DNA of 64,000 bases from Phyllobates terribilis. Lineage: Eukaryota. Each line of letters begins with the position of its first letter. The stretch's first letter is position 1. The DNA is taken from positions 222,084,001-222,148,000 of the forward strand of contig NW_027362765.1 in assembly GCF_046119375.1 (NCBI RefSeq), in the 5' to 3' direction. A program made the translations under genes and the position numbers. This document shows positions 50,259 to 61,366 of the stretch, one piece after another. The notes beneath the pieces are model-generated. The model saw only the letters and a program-made list of their open reading frames with translations, was not told the DNA's origin and searched no databases.

Positions 50259-53200
50259 TTAGATTCTCCAGCGAGCGGGCATCTGACCTTTAGTGACTCT
50301 AGTGGACCTACGGAGCTCACTAACTGGTTCTGCACTACAGGGTGTAGGAGGTGTTATGGGCAAGCTGGGCAGCTTTCTGCGCACTCTTTGGCTCACTAGG
50401 GGCACGGCAGGCTCACTACTAGCAGAGGGTTGATCCTCCTGTACTGCTGGTGTGGACTCTTCTGCCTCTTGGGCCGGCTGCTCTTCCAGCTCTACCGGTT
50501 CCTCTGTAGGCACTTGCGGGGCTGGCTGGAGAAAGGTGAGGACGGGTACCACGACAGCGCCGTTTACTTGTGTCCAAGACCGGGGGAAGTCTCCGAGTAC
50601 GGTACTGATCATTTCTTCCCTTTCCTCTGCGGGTTGAGGGTTTTCTTGATCTTCTTCAGGGCTTTGCAGCTGCTCGGGACACTTCTTCAGGTGGTCTCTG
50701 GAGACAATGGCTGTGGTTTCTCCTCCATCCTTACTGATTACGCAGATTTTTGGGTTCTCATGGCTTGATGGCAGTACGGTGTACGGGTCCTTCTCCCACT
50801 GGTCGTCCAACTTGTGGAGCCGCCTCTTCCTCTTCAAGACCTGCTCTCCAGGTACCAGGGGAACAGCGGGAGCATACTGGTTATAAGCCTTCTCTTGCCT
50901 TTCTCTAGCTTGAGACAGACTTCGCTCGACGCTTTCCTGTACTTTCCGATACTGCTGCTGCCGTTCTGTATCCCAGTCTGCCTCTGGCGAGGTGTCCTCA
51001 GGTGTCAGGACTCCCATATCCAGGTCGATAGGCAGCTTACCAGGTCTTGCTCTCATTAGGTAAGCCGGGGTACAGTTGGTGGAACCTACAGGGATGTGGT
51101 TATACAGGTCCACCAGATCGGGCAGTTTCTCAGGCCACAGACTGCGTTCTTCCAGGGGCAATGTTTTTAGCAGATCTATCACCACCTGGTTCATCTTCTC
51201 ACAGAGTCCATTGGTTTGAGGGTGATAGGGCGTTGTTCTTATCTTCTTGCAGCCATACAGGTTGCAGAACTCCTGGAAGACCTCCGCTTCGAAGGCTGGT
51301 CCTTGGTCTGTCAACACTTGGTCCGGATACCCGTGTGGACGGCAGAAGTGCTGCTGGAAGGCTCTAGCTGCTGTTTGAGCCGTTAAGTCCTTGACCGGGA
51401 CCACCACCAGGAACCGGGAGTAATGATCTACGATTGTGATGGCGTAGACATACCCAGATCTGCTTGGAGCCAGTTTCACATGGTCCAGGGCTACCAGTTC
51501 CAGTGGCTGTCTGGTGATGATGGGCTGCAGGGGAGTCTTCTGGCTGGCACGGTCTTTTCTTCTCAGGTGGCACGGGCCACAGTCTCTGCACCACCTCTCG
51601 ATGGCTCCTCTCATGCCTACCCAGTAGAACCGTTCACGCAACAAGAACTCCAGCTTCTTCCATCCGAAATGCCCCGCTCCGTTGTGGTATGCCTCCAGAA
51701 TCATAGCCGCGTCTCGTCTTGGGACCACTACCTGCCAGGTCAACTCATGTGTTCGAGAGTTAACCATTCTCCGGCACAGCTTCTCCCTGTAGAGGAACAG
51801 CTTACTTTTCTCCTTCCACAGTTGCTTGGTCTCCTCCGGAGCGTCTGGGTCAAGACTGGCATCGGCCTGGGTCAGCATTTCTTTCACCAAACGGACTGCG
51901 GGATCACTGTCTTGCGTCTCCGCCCAGTTGTAGTGGGGCAAGGGATTGAACGTCACGGAGCGCCTGTCCTTCACACGGTGGGAATACAGGGTAATCCCAT
52001 GACGGTGGAACGCAGGGAGCTCAACTTCTTCCAGATTTTCTGGATCTTCCCCTACGTCCGGTAAGTTCGGCATTCTAGACAGGGCATCCGCATTGGCATT
52101 TGATCGTCCTGCCCGGTATTTGATGGTGAATTCAAAGTTGGACAGGCGGGCCATCCATCTCTGTTCCAGGGCACCGAGCCTTGCAGTGTCCAGGTGTGTC
52201 AACGGGTTGTTATCCGTGTACACGGTGAATTTGGAGGAGGCAAGGTAATGCTTGAAACATTCGGTCACTGCCCACACTACTGCCAGGAACTCCAGCTTGA
52301 ATGAGCTATAATTCTCAGGGTTCCTCTCAGTGGGCCGTAGCTTTCAGGTGGCGTAAGCGATTACCCGTTCTTTCCCTTGCTGGATCTGGGACAGTACGGC
52401 TCCTAGCCCGATGTTGCTTGCGTCCGTGTGGAGGATAAAGGGCTGGCTGTAGTCTGGATATGCCAGGATTTCATCCCCCGTGATGGCCATCTTCAGCTGG
52501 CAGAAGGACTCCTCTTCCAGCTTTTCCCACCTAAAGGGCGGCTTCTGGTTTTTGGCTTTCCGAGATTGACCTATCAGGAGGTCCTGCATAGGGGCTGCCA
52601 TTTTGGTGAAACCGGGAATGAATCTTCGGTAGTAGCCTACCAACCCGAGGAACTGCCGCACTTCCTTTATGCTGGAGGGTCTTGGCCAGTCCTTAATCAC
52701 AGTGATCTTATCAGGGTCGGGAGCCACTCCGTCAGCACTCACCACGTGTCCCAGGTACTGCACCTTTGGTTTCAGGAGGTGACACTTGGAGGGTTTCACC
52801 TTTAGGCCGTAGTTTGCCAGAGCTTCGAACACTTCTGCCAGGTGTCTCAGGTGGTCCTCGTAGGTCTTGGAATAGACGATGACATCGTCCAGGTATAACA
52901 GGACCGTCTCGAAGTTCCGGTGTCCCAGACAGCATTCCATCAACCGTTGGAAGGTTCCTGGTGCGTTGCAGAGCCCGAACGGCATGCAGTTAAATTCACT
53001 GAGACCCATCGGGGTGGTGAATGCGGTCTTCTCCCGGTCCGCCTCTGCTACAGGAACCTGCCAGTACCCGCTAGTGAGATCCAAAGTAGAGAAGAAGTTA
53101 GCAGATTTTAACGCAGCCAAGGACTCTTCTATCCTTGGTAACGGGTACGCATCTTTGTGTGTGATACGGTTGACCTTCCTGTAGTCTACACACATTCTCA

Positions 53201-54395
53201 TGGTGTTGTCTTTCTTTTTCACTAAGACTAGTGGAGCTGCCCAGGGGCTACAGCTGTCCCTGATTACCCCAGCCTCCTTCATGTCTCTAAGCATCCCCTT
53301 GGCGTGTTGGTAGTGTGCCGGGGGTACGGGTCGGTATCTCTCCTTTATGGGAGGATGGTCTCCCGTGGGGATGTGGTGTTCTACCCCCTTTACTCGCCCG
53401 AAGTCTAGCGGGTGTTTACTAAACACTCTCTCGTACTCTCGAACCACCCAATAGACTCCCTGTTTCTGGTGTGAGGGAGTGGAGTCAGTACCCAAATGCA
53501 GTTGCTGACACCAGTCCTCCATTAGTTTCTTAGAGCCGTTACCTTCCTCTGGTTGAGATGGAGGCAAGGGTTCCACGGCCTGTACAGAATTCTGGTTTAT
53601 GGTGAACAATTTGGCTAGCGTGGCATACCGGGGCAGGTATACTTCTCTCTCCCCGATATTTATGATGCGAACGGGCACCCTCCCATGGCGTACATCGACC
53701 ACCCCCCGTGCTGTCAAAATGGTGGGCCTACTGTCTGAGTAGACGGGTTCTACCATTGCTTGGTAGTCTCTACCTCTTAGACCAATAGCTGCCCGGCACC
53801 AAATCATCATCTCACTTTTTGGGGGCATGGCAATAGGGAACGGGTCACACATTCTCACGCTACCTATCTCACCACCAGATAGTTCCACCTGTTGCCGCTT
53901 CATCAGTGCCCGGATCTCTTTTTGGAGCACACGCTGCTGGCCGAAACTGGCGTTCTTGGCAACCTGCTGTAAAATGAGAATCACCTCTGCAAGACAATTT
54001 TCAATCACATTAGTTCCCAAGGTTATTCTAGGGTGACTCTCATGACGGTCTATGTCCACTATTATCAGTCCTTGTGCCGCCAGTTCGACTTTACCGATCT
54101 TAATGGTCACCTCTTTGAATCCCACCTGCGGCATGGGCTGACCATTGCTGGCGATGATACTCAGGTCGTCATTTGGGTAGCGGGTTATGTCCGAGTCATT
54201 CCAGTACTGCTTGAAGAGCACGTACGGGATGGTGGTCACCTGTGACCCAGTGTCTAGTAGGGCACTCATAGGAATGCCATCCAGTACCACAGGCAAGATT
54301 GGACGTCCCCCTACGTATTTATCACGCCAGTTTGATGGGCCTGATGGTCTTATGCCTGGGGGTTGGCCCTCTACCCCAGGTTGTGCCCGTTTAAA
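50259..54395 (-). CDS. pol: pol (protease, RT, RNase H, integrase) with one in-frame TGA at 52344-52346
   Basis: LLDTGSQVT, YLDDVIVYS, HTDASNIGLGAVL, HNGAGHFG..CRDCGPC, ALDHVK..LTDQGPAFE..GLCEK. The two ORFs are in frame across IAYAT*KLRPTERNPENYSSFKLEFLAVVWAVTE. Confidence 0.92.
54337..54395 (-). promoter_or_regulatory. Predicted -1 ribosomal frameshift signal
   Basis: U UUA AAC in the gag frame, 8-nt spacer, stem CCUGGGG/CCCCAGG, loop GGGCC pairing with downstream GGCCC. Confidence 0.75.
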
Positions 54396-55354
54396 TGACA
54401 GTACCTTGCCACATGTCCGGGTTGATTGCAGCGGCGGCAGATGGGTCGTCCGTCCTCGTTGTACCTGTCGCTGGGTCTTCCTCTGGCCGGTGGGGTCCTC
54501 CTCAGTCGGCGCCACGGGACGTCCTCCGGTCCGGATGCCAGCTGGATCTTTCCTGGAGAAGAGACCTGTAAAGACTGCACAATTCTGGTCAGCGCGGCAA
54601 CGCTCTTAGTCAGCTCTTGGACCTGATGGTGCAGGTCTGTAGCCGGGTCACTGTTTAAAGCCTTCACATCAGCTCCCACAGGCCCTGCAGACAAGGGCGC
54701 CGTCTCCTGGTGGTAAGTGATAGCAGGGCGCCTGTGGGTCACAGCGCCACCTGGTGCCGGTTCTCGGAGCACCCGGATGGCTCTGTCCTTGAACTGTGCA
54801 AAGTCCAGGTCAGGGTCCTGTAAGGCCATTGCCCGCAACTGGGTTCGGTGGGCATTGCACAGTAGACCCTCAATAAATTGTTCAGTCAACAGCTTATCTT
54901 CATTTCCCACGCTGTCAGGGTCTGCCTGCTTAATGGCTCTCAGGGCCTCTTGTAGGTTTAGAGCATAGTCTCTTATACTCTCATGTGCCCGTTGTTTGCA
55001 CCCATAAAATCTCAGTTTTATTTCGGCTGAGGTGCGGGTATCAAATGTGTCTTTCAGCCGGGTTAGTATGTCTCTGACAGTCCTCTTCCTCCCAGGTGGC
55101 CAGGACTTTACCTCCCTTTGGGCTGCCCCGATTAATTGGGCCACCAGGATGCTCACTTTTTGCTCTTCTGTGAGGGGGTACACCTGGAAGAGGCTATCCA
55201 GTCTTTCTCTAAAGTCATTTAGAGTATGTGACTCCCCTGAGTACTGGGGTAGCCAGGTTGCCCCCGGGATATAGGGCATGGTGAATGGCATGACTGCTGC
55301 AGCGGTTGCGCTGGCGGTGGCTGTGGCAGTGGAGCTCCCCTCGGTATCCGGCAT
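54371..55354 (-). CDS. gag: gag (PNMA-like capsid, CCHC zinc knuckle), 327 aa
   Basis: Open ORF between PBS and pol. PYIPGATWLPQYSG and CRRCNQPGHVARYC. Confidence 0.88.
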   Translation of the reverse strand: MPDTEGSSTATATASATAAAVMPFTMPYIPGATWLPQYSGESHTLNDFRERLDSLFQVYPLTEEQKVSILVAQLIGAAQREVKSWPPGRKRTVRDILTRLKDTFDTRTSAEIKLRFYGCKQRAHESIRDYALNLQEALRAIKQADPDSVGNEDKLLTEQFIEGLLCNAHRTQLRAMALQDPDLDFAQFKDRAIRVLREPAPGGAVTHRRPAITYHQETAPLSAGPVGADVKALNSDPATDLHHQVQELTKSVAALTRIVQSLQVSSPGKIQLASGPEDVPWRRLRRTPPARGRPSDRYNEDGRPICRRCNQPGHVARYCHLNGHNLG

Positions 55355-55780
55355 CCTCCTCCCCCCTAGTGGACCGTGGCCTACCTTGTGATGCTCTTCG
55401 TCCGTAGGCCGCGGCTCCGCAGTCGATCGTCGGGGTTGAGGACCTGGCGTCGCGCTCCGATGACGTCAGCGTCGCTCTTCCTCCCTTCCAGGACCTTGCG
55501 CAGCGTCAGAGCGTGGGGCGGAGCTTCGGATCTCGCGCGCTTTCGGCGTCCACGCCCCTCTTCTTCCCGTGCGGCGTCCCGAAGATGGCGTCCGAAGGCG
55601 GGAAGCAGCTGCGGATGGCGGGAAGAAGGCAGAAGACGGCGGGAAACGGTCCAAGATGGTGTCTGATGGCGGGAATCGGCTCCGGATGGCGGGAAACGAC
55701 TCCGGACGGTGGGAAACTTCACCACAGGTAAGTATAAAAGTCTTTTTCAGGCATGCAGTACCCGGTGGTTGCGGGCACGA

Positions 55781-55799
55781 AATCCTGCCGACTACGCCA
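55781..55799 (-). promoter_or_regulatory. Primer binding site, tRNA-Ser (AGA/TGA type)
   Basis: TGGCGTAGTCGGCAGGATT is complementary to the vertebrate tRNA-Ser 3' end AATCCTGCCGACTACG-CCA (recalled sequence). Lies 4 nt from the 5' LTR. Confidence 0.88.
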
Positions 55800-57941
55800 A
55801 AGTTGACGCGCCCCCTGGGCCTGTGCTGCTGCTGCTGTGCAGGGGGAATACCCGGAGCCGGATCGCTGGGGGTTGTAGTTCTCCGTGGCGGTGAACCGGT
55901 CCGTGCCCAGGGTGGTCAAACCAGTGGCAATCTAAATGTTGTAATAAGTGTCCGACTACGCCACCCGTGGATTGCGGTCAGTGGGGACCGCCGCTGCGCT
56001 GCCGACCGCTGAGGCTGATGTTGGTTGCGCAGCCGAGTATGGGATAACTCCCCACGGGAGAAGTATTGCCTCAGGGCAGCTAAGGTGGAAGATGATGGGA
56101 GTGATGGTGTGAGCGTCCCAGTACTAATGGTGCTGGTGCGGCAAGGAATCACAGAGACGTGTGGTGCAGTTCAGGGTCTTTACTGATGGTACAAGGCAAA
56201 CCCTCCCGGGAGTACTGGCTAGTATAAGGGGCCTGGTCAGTCTGCGAGCAAGCAGGAGTTCCCCTGGCCAGGTGGAGTTGTAGGCCTCCCCGTTTATCTG
56301 CACTCTTCCTGGCTACCTTGCTGTCAGCGGTTACAAGTAGCCCACGTCCCTGAGTATACCGTGTGGTGCTCACCCATATGGCTGGTGACTTGGGGCCTTC
56401 TGTTAGCCTCCGCTCCTGGATGGCGGCGCTGGTCCCTTCTCTGTGACTGAGCCTCCGGGCTTCTATGGCCAGAGGACCTGGAATCCCCTGCCGGCTGGTT
56501 TCTGCTGCTGGGTGAATATTAGTCCCCACAGCCTCGGACTCCTGTGTCCGGCTTTAGTATCTTCGTCCAGGGCGAACTCTGCTCAGCTCCAGCCCCTGGA
56601 CTTCTGCTACTGCTCCTCCAGAGCTCCTGATCTTACTTTCCCTCTCCAGACTCTGACTCTGTCTGCAGCTTCACTCTGACTCTGTCTGCTCTAATCCCAC
56701 CCCAGACCCAGTTTAAAAGGGCAGATTCCTCCCCTCCCAGGTCTGGGCGGACCGTGTTGCATGCTTAGGGATCTTGACCAGAGAAACCTCCCACTTGCTC
56801 TCAGACATAATATCTCTATTACTGTTGCAACCAGACCCCTGGGGTGTCACAAGTCCATCACCAGAAACCACAGGTGGTGTAGTCGAAATACCACTCATCC
56901 TTGAAAGCCCAATACCTTCTTTTTATTGATGCAGCCCTGGGCACGGACCTTGTTGAGGCCACGACTGCATCCCCCCCGCGACCCCTACACTGACCCGGCT
57001 CCGAGTAACCCCACCGCTCAGGGAGGGCTGTGCGCCCCACATAATGGTGGTGACAGAGTGAACGTGTGCATCATTTTTGGGCGTATATGCCTACTGTAGG
57101 CGGACACCAAGTCGTAGTAGACTGCGTCTGGGTGTCCGTCTCCAGTAAGCGTACACTCCTGAAAATGATGCACGACGGAGCACACTATCACTTTGTCAGC
57201 ACCATTATAGTCTACGGCCCAGTCACATATGCCAAAATCCCATTTTGCAGTGGGTTCTGACATAACCCCCACGGGACCAAAGAATGGGTGCCAAAACGCA
57301 GTGTGAAAGCTCCTTTAGGCTGTGTTCAGCTCTGCTTGGCTCTCCGTAGAGATGCAAAAGCCCCCCCCCCCAATCAGCATTATATTCACATTGGCCAACA
57401 ATCTAATGTGCATGGGGACCCTGGACAGATGATTGTGCAGGTGGGTTAATGATCCAAATTCGGACTGCTGATCCTTTTGTTCTACCTTTGATAAGCTGCT
57501 GTCAGAGCGAATGCTCTTGTACATAGAAGAGACGGCCTAGATAGTTGTCGGCAGACTGAATGGCCGAACCATTGTTTGTCATGTCAGGTTTATGGGAGGG
57601 TTAACAGTGCAGTTGCAATCAAAACTTCTGCTATTTTACTATGGTATGTCAAAAGTTTTCTAAACTGGATGTTCACATTAAGCACTCACTAAATATAACT
57701 ATTAGCACAAATGCTAAAAGTATGCAATTTGGGGCAGTTTTAGAAGATCCAAATAATCAAGCCATGTTTTCAATGAAGTGTCACATGTCTTATGTCTAAT
57801 GCATTATTTTACAGATTGTTCAAGGACAATGAAGAGCGCAGTGCAGTGTTTAGGGCAAATCGACAAAAATAATGGTTTTCTAAAGTCAGACGAGAATGTA
57901 ACCTGAGGCAATGAGCTCATCAAATAGTTTCATAGTTTTTA

Positions 57942-58612
57942 GGCTGCGTGCCCACGTTGCGTATTACAAGCGTATATGCTGCGGAATTTCCGCAGCGTAA
58001 ACGCTTGTAAAACGCATGTATATCCGCACCCCATGGTCCCCAATGGCATTCCGCAATGTCAATGCCCATGCTGCAGCATGTTCATTAATTTTGCGGAAGC
58101 GCAGCGGAATCAATGTGCGGATGGTACCCAAGTCTGGATGAGAGGAGACTCTCATCCAGACCTGGGTACCAAAGAACCTGTAAAAAAAAGAAAATAAAGT
58201 TTATACTTATCTTCTGATGTTTTCCCTCCGTCGCACACAACAGCGTGAGCCGCTCAAGACTCCGGACGGGGCAGAGAATGAATGAAAGGTGAGTATAAAC
58301 TTTATTTTTTTATTTTTTACCATTCTGATTCTTTTTTTTAAACTATTACTTGGTCACACTATATAAATCCATGCCGGTTGCATGGATTTATATAGTGTGA
58401 ACAAGTTGTCAAGCACTTTTCCAAGTGATGCTTAAATCACTTGGAGAAGTGCTTGATAACCCGCATGCGGAAATGCATGCAAAGACGCTGCAAAGACGCC
58501 TCACAAACGCTTCTACCTGGCGGGAAAACCGCATGTAAAATCCGCATGCGATTTTCCCGCCAGGGAGAAGCGTAAAAAATATGCTTCAGTTCCGCAACGT
58601 GGGCACTTAACC
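57942..58612. mobile_element. Harbinger-type MITE
   Basis: TTA|GGCTGCGTGCCCACGTTGCG...CGCAACGTGGGCACTTAACC|TTA. Confidence 0.8.
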
Positions 58613-58749
58613 TTAAGGTTGAAAGTACACATAAGTCCATCGAGTTCAACCTATAATCTAACATGTAGATCCAGAGGAAGGTAAAAATTCCTTGAGGCAA
58701 ATGCTAATTGCCCTATATTAGGGGAAAAATTCCTTTCCGACTCCACTAA

Positions 58750-59242
58750 ATGACGTCACCGCAGGTCCTGCAAGTACACCGCGGGACGCCGAGGAGAGAG
58801 GACGCCGCCGGGAGAAGACCGGAGAGGTGAGTATACCGTTTTTTTTTTTATTTTTAATTTTTTTATTTCTTTATTTCACCGCATGGTAGCCGGGATGAAG
58901 AGGAGTTGTAGTCTCCTCTTCATCCCGGGTACCACACTCACCGCGATTACGCTGCAAATTCGCGGCCATTGAATTTAATTGAAACGCAGCAAATCCACAT
59001 ATACCTGCGGGTTTGCTGCTTTTCAATGTTCCTCAATGGCCGCAAATTTGCAGCGTAATCGCAGTAGAAATGGTCATGCTGCATTTTGCAACGCAATGCG
59101 AATCCGGCGCGCAAATTAGCGCATCATGTGCACAGCACATCCAAATTCACATTGCTTTGCATGGCAGATGGTTTTACAAGCGTTTTTGCAGCCGTAAAAA
59201 TGCCGCAAAAACACTACAAAAACGCTATGTGGGCACATGGCC
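58750..59242. mobile_element. Harbinger-type MITE, right half
   Basis: Ends GTGGGCACATGGCC|TAA. Related to 57942 and 63523. Confidence 0.6.
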
Positions 59243-59244
59243 TA

Positions 59245-59491
59245 AGGATTCCACTCAGTCGGCACCGCTTGAGAAATTTTCATTTATTTATTTATATATT
59301 CACCAGTAGCAAGTTCTTAAATCATAAAGCATGGTTTATTAAAACTTCATAAGCCTTCCACAAAACAAGCATAAAAGCAGCCTGTCGGCATAAGCAGGGC
59401 CGGCTCCAGGTTTTTCTGGGCCCCGGGCGAAAGAGTCTCAGTGGGCCCTTTTAACACATACACGATTCATGATGCACAGATACGGCGGAGA

Positions 59492-59538
<47 letters not shown>

Positions 59539-61140
59539 TATTTATTTATTACACATGGCCCAGCCTGCCCCCTCATCCTTCACATACGCAGACATATGCA
59601 CACGCACACACGGTACGCAGACATATGCGTGCGCACACACGGTACGCAGACATATGCGCGCGCACACACGGTACGCAGACATATGCGCGCGCACACACGG
59701 TACGCAGACATATGCGCGCGCACACACGGTACGCAGACATATGCGCGCGCACACACGGTACGCAGACATATGCACGCACACACACGGTACGCAGACATAT
59801 GCGTGCGCACACACGGTACGCAGACATATGGCGCGCGCACACACGGTACGCAGACATATGCGCGCGCGCACACGGTACGCAGACATATGCACGCACACAC
59901 GGTACGCAGACATATGCGTGCGCACACACGGTACGCAGACATATGCGCGCGCACACACGGTACGCAGACATATGTACACATACAGACATACACATGGATA
60001 AAACAGACAAATATATATACACAGTCATATACACTGACATTCACATACATGCACTCACACAGACCCATTACTAATATTTTTAATATGGGGATTGGGGAAG
60101 CCTCACTCACCTGTCCCCGGTCCATTGTCCTGTCCAGCAGCTCCTCGGGTATGGGGCAGTGCAGGGCCCCCGGCGTGTCACAGACTTCATGGCCCTGGAA
60201 CATCAGAGGGGCCCACTTGCGGTCATGTCCGGGCCCCTCCCGCCCATCTGTGCAGGACCTCCGCTCCGACGGTGTTTGATTGCCGGCACTCCCCCAGACA
60301 TGGCCGCGCGCTGTGCGGCTGTGTCTGCTAGTAATGACGCGGCAGGAGCGACACACAAGCACAATTAAAGGTGCAGTGCCGTCGACCCTGCCGTGTCATT
60401 ACTAGCAGACACAGCCGGACAGCGCGCGGCCATGTCTGGGGGAAGTGCCGGCAATCAAGCAGCGCCTGCGTCCCTGAACAGGTGCCGAGGAAGCGGCCAG
60501 GGCCCCGACAGTGAGTGGGCGGGTGGGTGTGTGGGCCCGGCCCCGACAGTGAGTGGGCGGGTGGGTGTGTGGGCCCGGCCCCGACAGTGAGTGGGCGGGT
60601 GGGTGTGTGGGCCCGGCCCCGACAGTGAGTGGGCGGGTGGGTGTGTGGGCCCGGCCCCGACAGTGAGTGGGCGGGTGGGTGTGTGAGCCCGGGCCCCGAC
60701 AGTGAGTGGGCGGCTGGGCCCCTCTGATTTTCCAGGGCCCCGGCACTTGCCCGGGTACGCCGGGTGCTGACGCCGGCCCTGGGCATAAGGAAAGCAAAAT
60801 AAATAGTTCAAGTAAACAGGCACCTGCGTGACAGTCCGGGCTCACCTGAACAGAATAATTGTCCAGCTCTTAAGTCTGTGGCAGGAGACTGACAACACTG
60901 GAGGTCTGCACACCTCCACTCACAGTCCAACAGTGATACTCCCTTATATCTGCCGTACCACGCCCCGGGGTGGGAATATGTAAGCAGCCAGTCCCACCCA
61001 TCTCTGACTGCTCGTAAACCCGGCCCTTGACACGCCCTGTTAACTCTCTCAGCACTATAAGTGCTGGACCCTGCTTTTCCGGGCTTACATCACTAAGGCT
61101 ACCAACCTCGATGATACATATCTCCCATCATGGACCTGTC
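59245..61140 (-). mobile_element. Possible LTR-like sequence hosting the hAT element
   Basis: Minus-strand GATATAAGGG (~60945) and AATAAA (~59337) in LTR-like order. No TSD or clear termini found. Confidence 0.25.
59395..60781. mobile_element. hAT-type non-autonomous element carrying (TA)n, 29-bp and 38-bp minisatellites
   Basis: CAGGGCCGGC...GCCGGCCCTG with exact 8-bp TSD GGCATAAG. Confidence 0.9.
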
Positions 61141-61144
61141 TGTC

Positions 61145-61366
61145 AGCCATTTTACAAGAGGTTAAACTTACAAGCCTATAGTTTCCAGGTTCAGATTTTG
61201 TCCCCTGTCCTTTTGAATATTGGCACCACATTGGCAATACGCCAGTCCTGTGATACAGAACCTGGTATTATGGAATCTATGAATATTAGAAATAATGGTC
61301 TGTCTATAACGATATTTAATTCCTGCAGTACTCAGGATTGTATGCCATCTGAGCCCAGTGAGTATT
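61145..61366 (-). mobile_element. CR1-type LINE RT fragment
   Basis: Minus strand reads LGSDGIQS*VLQEL..IDRPLFLIF..SVSQDWRIANVVPIFK..PGNYRLVSLTS. Confidence 0.8.

Larger units (their letters stand above)
48735..56851 (-). mobile_element. Full-length long-LTR Ty3/Gypsy element, tRNA-Ser primed, near intact
   Basis: LTRs 48735-49782 and 55804-56851 (1048 bp, about 13 substitutions), 4-bp TSD AGTC, PPT (AGGGGGGAA on the minus strand) at ~49783-49792. Confidence 0.98.
47660..57041 (+). mobile_element. Solo LTR C (~1260 bp when rejoined), split by a full-length Gypsy
   Basis: Starts TGTGGCGCCCCTGAGGGTTCAGTCGCCACAG, the same as LTR A. Ends ..GCGCCCCACA. TAAT flanks both sides (one extra T on the left). 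Confidence 0.8.
47545..57314. mobile_element. Harbinger-type MITE hosting the nested LTR insertions
   Basis: GGGTGCTTTCACACTGCATTTTGGCACCC...GGGTGCCAAAACGCAGTGTGAAAGCTCCT with CTA/TTA flanks. About 390 bp once inserts are removed. Confidence 0.75.

Noticed and set aside
50030-50335. Possible env-like third ORF after integrase
   Set aside because: Only 101 aa, with no signal peptide, furin site or transmembrane stretch.
55781-55799. tRNA-Ser gene
   Set aside because: Only the 3' 19 nt including CCA match, which is a PBS. No cloverleaf or A box is present.
58616-58745. Possible LINE/SINE tail fragment
   Set aside because: Resembles a common frog repeat but has no diagnostic motif, so it was not assigned.
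59441-60845. Many overlapping 140-260-aa ORFs (HTRYADICA, GPTHPPAHSL repeats)
   Set aside because: They are translations of 29- and 38-bp minisatellites that lack stop codons, open on both strands.
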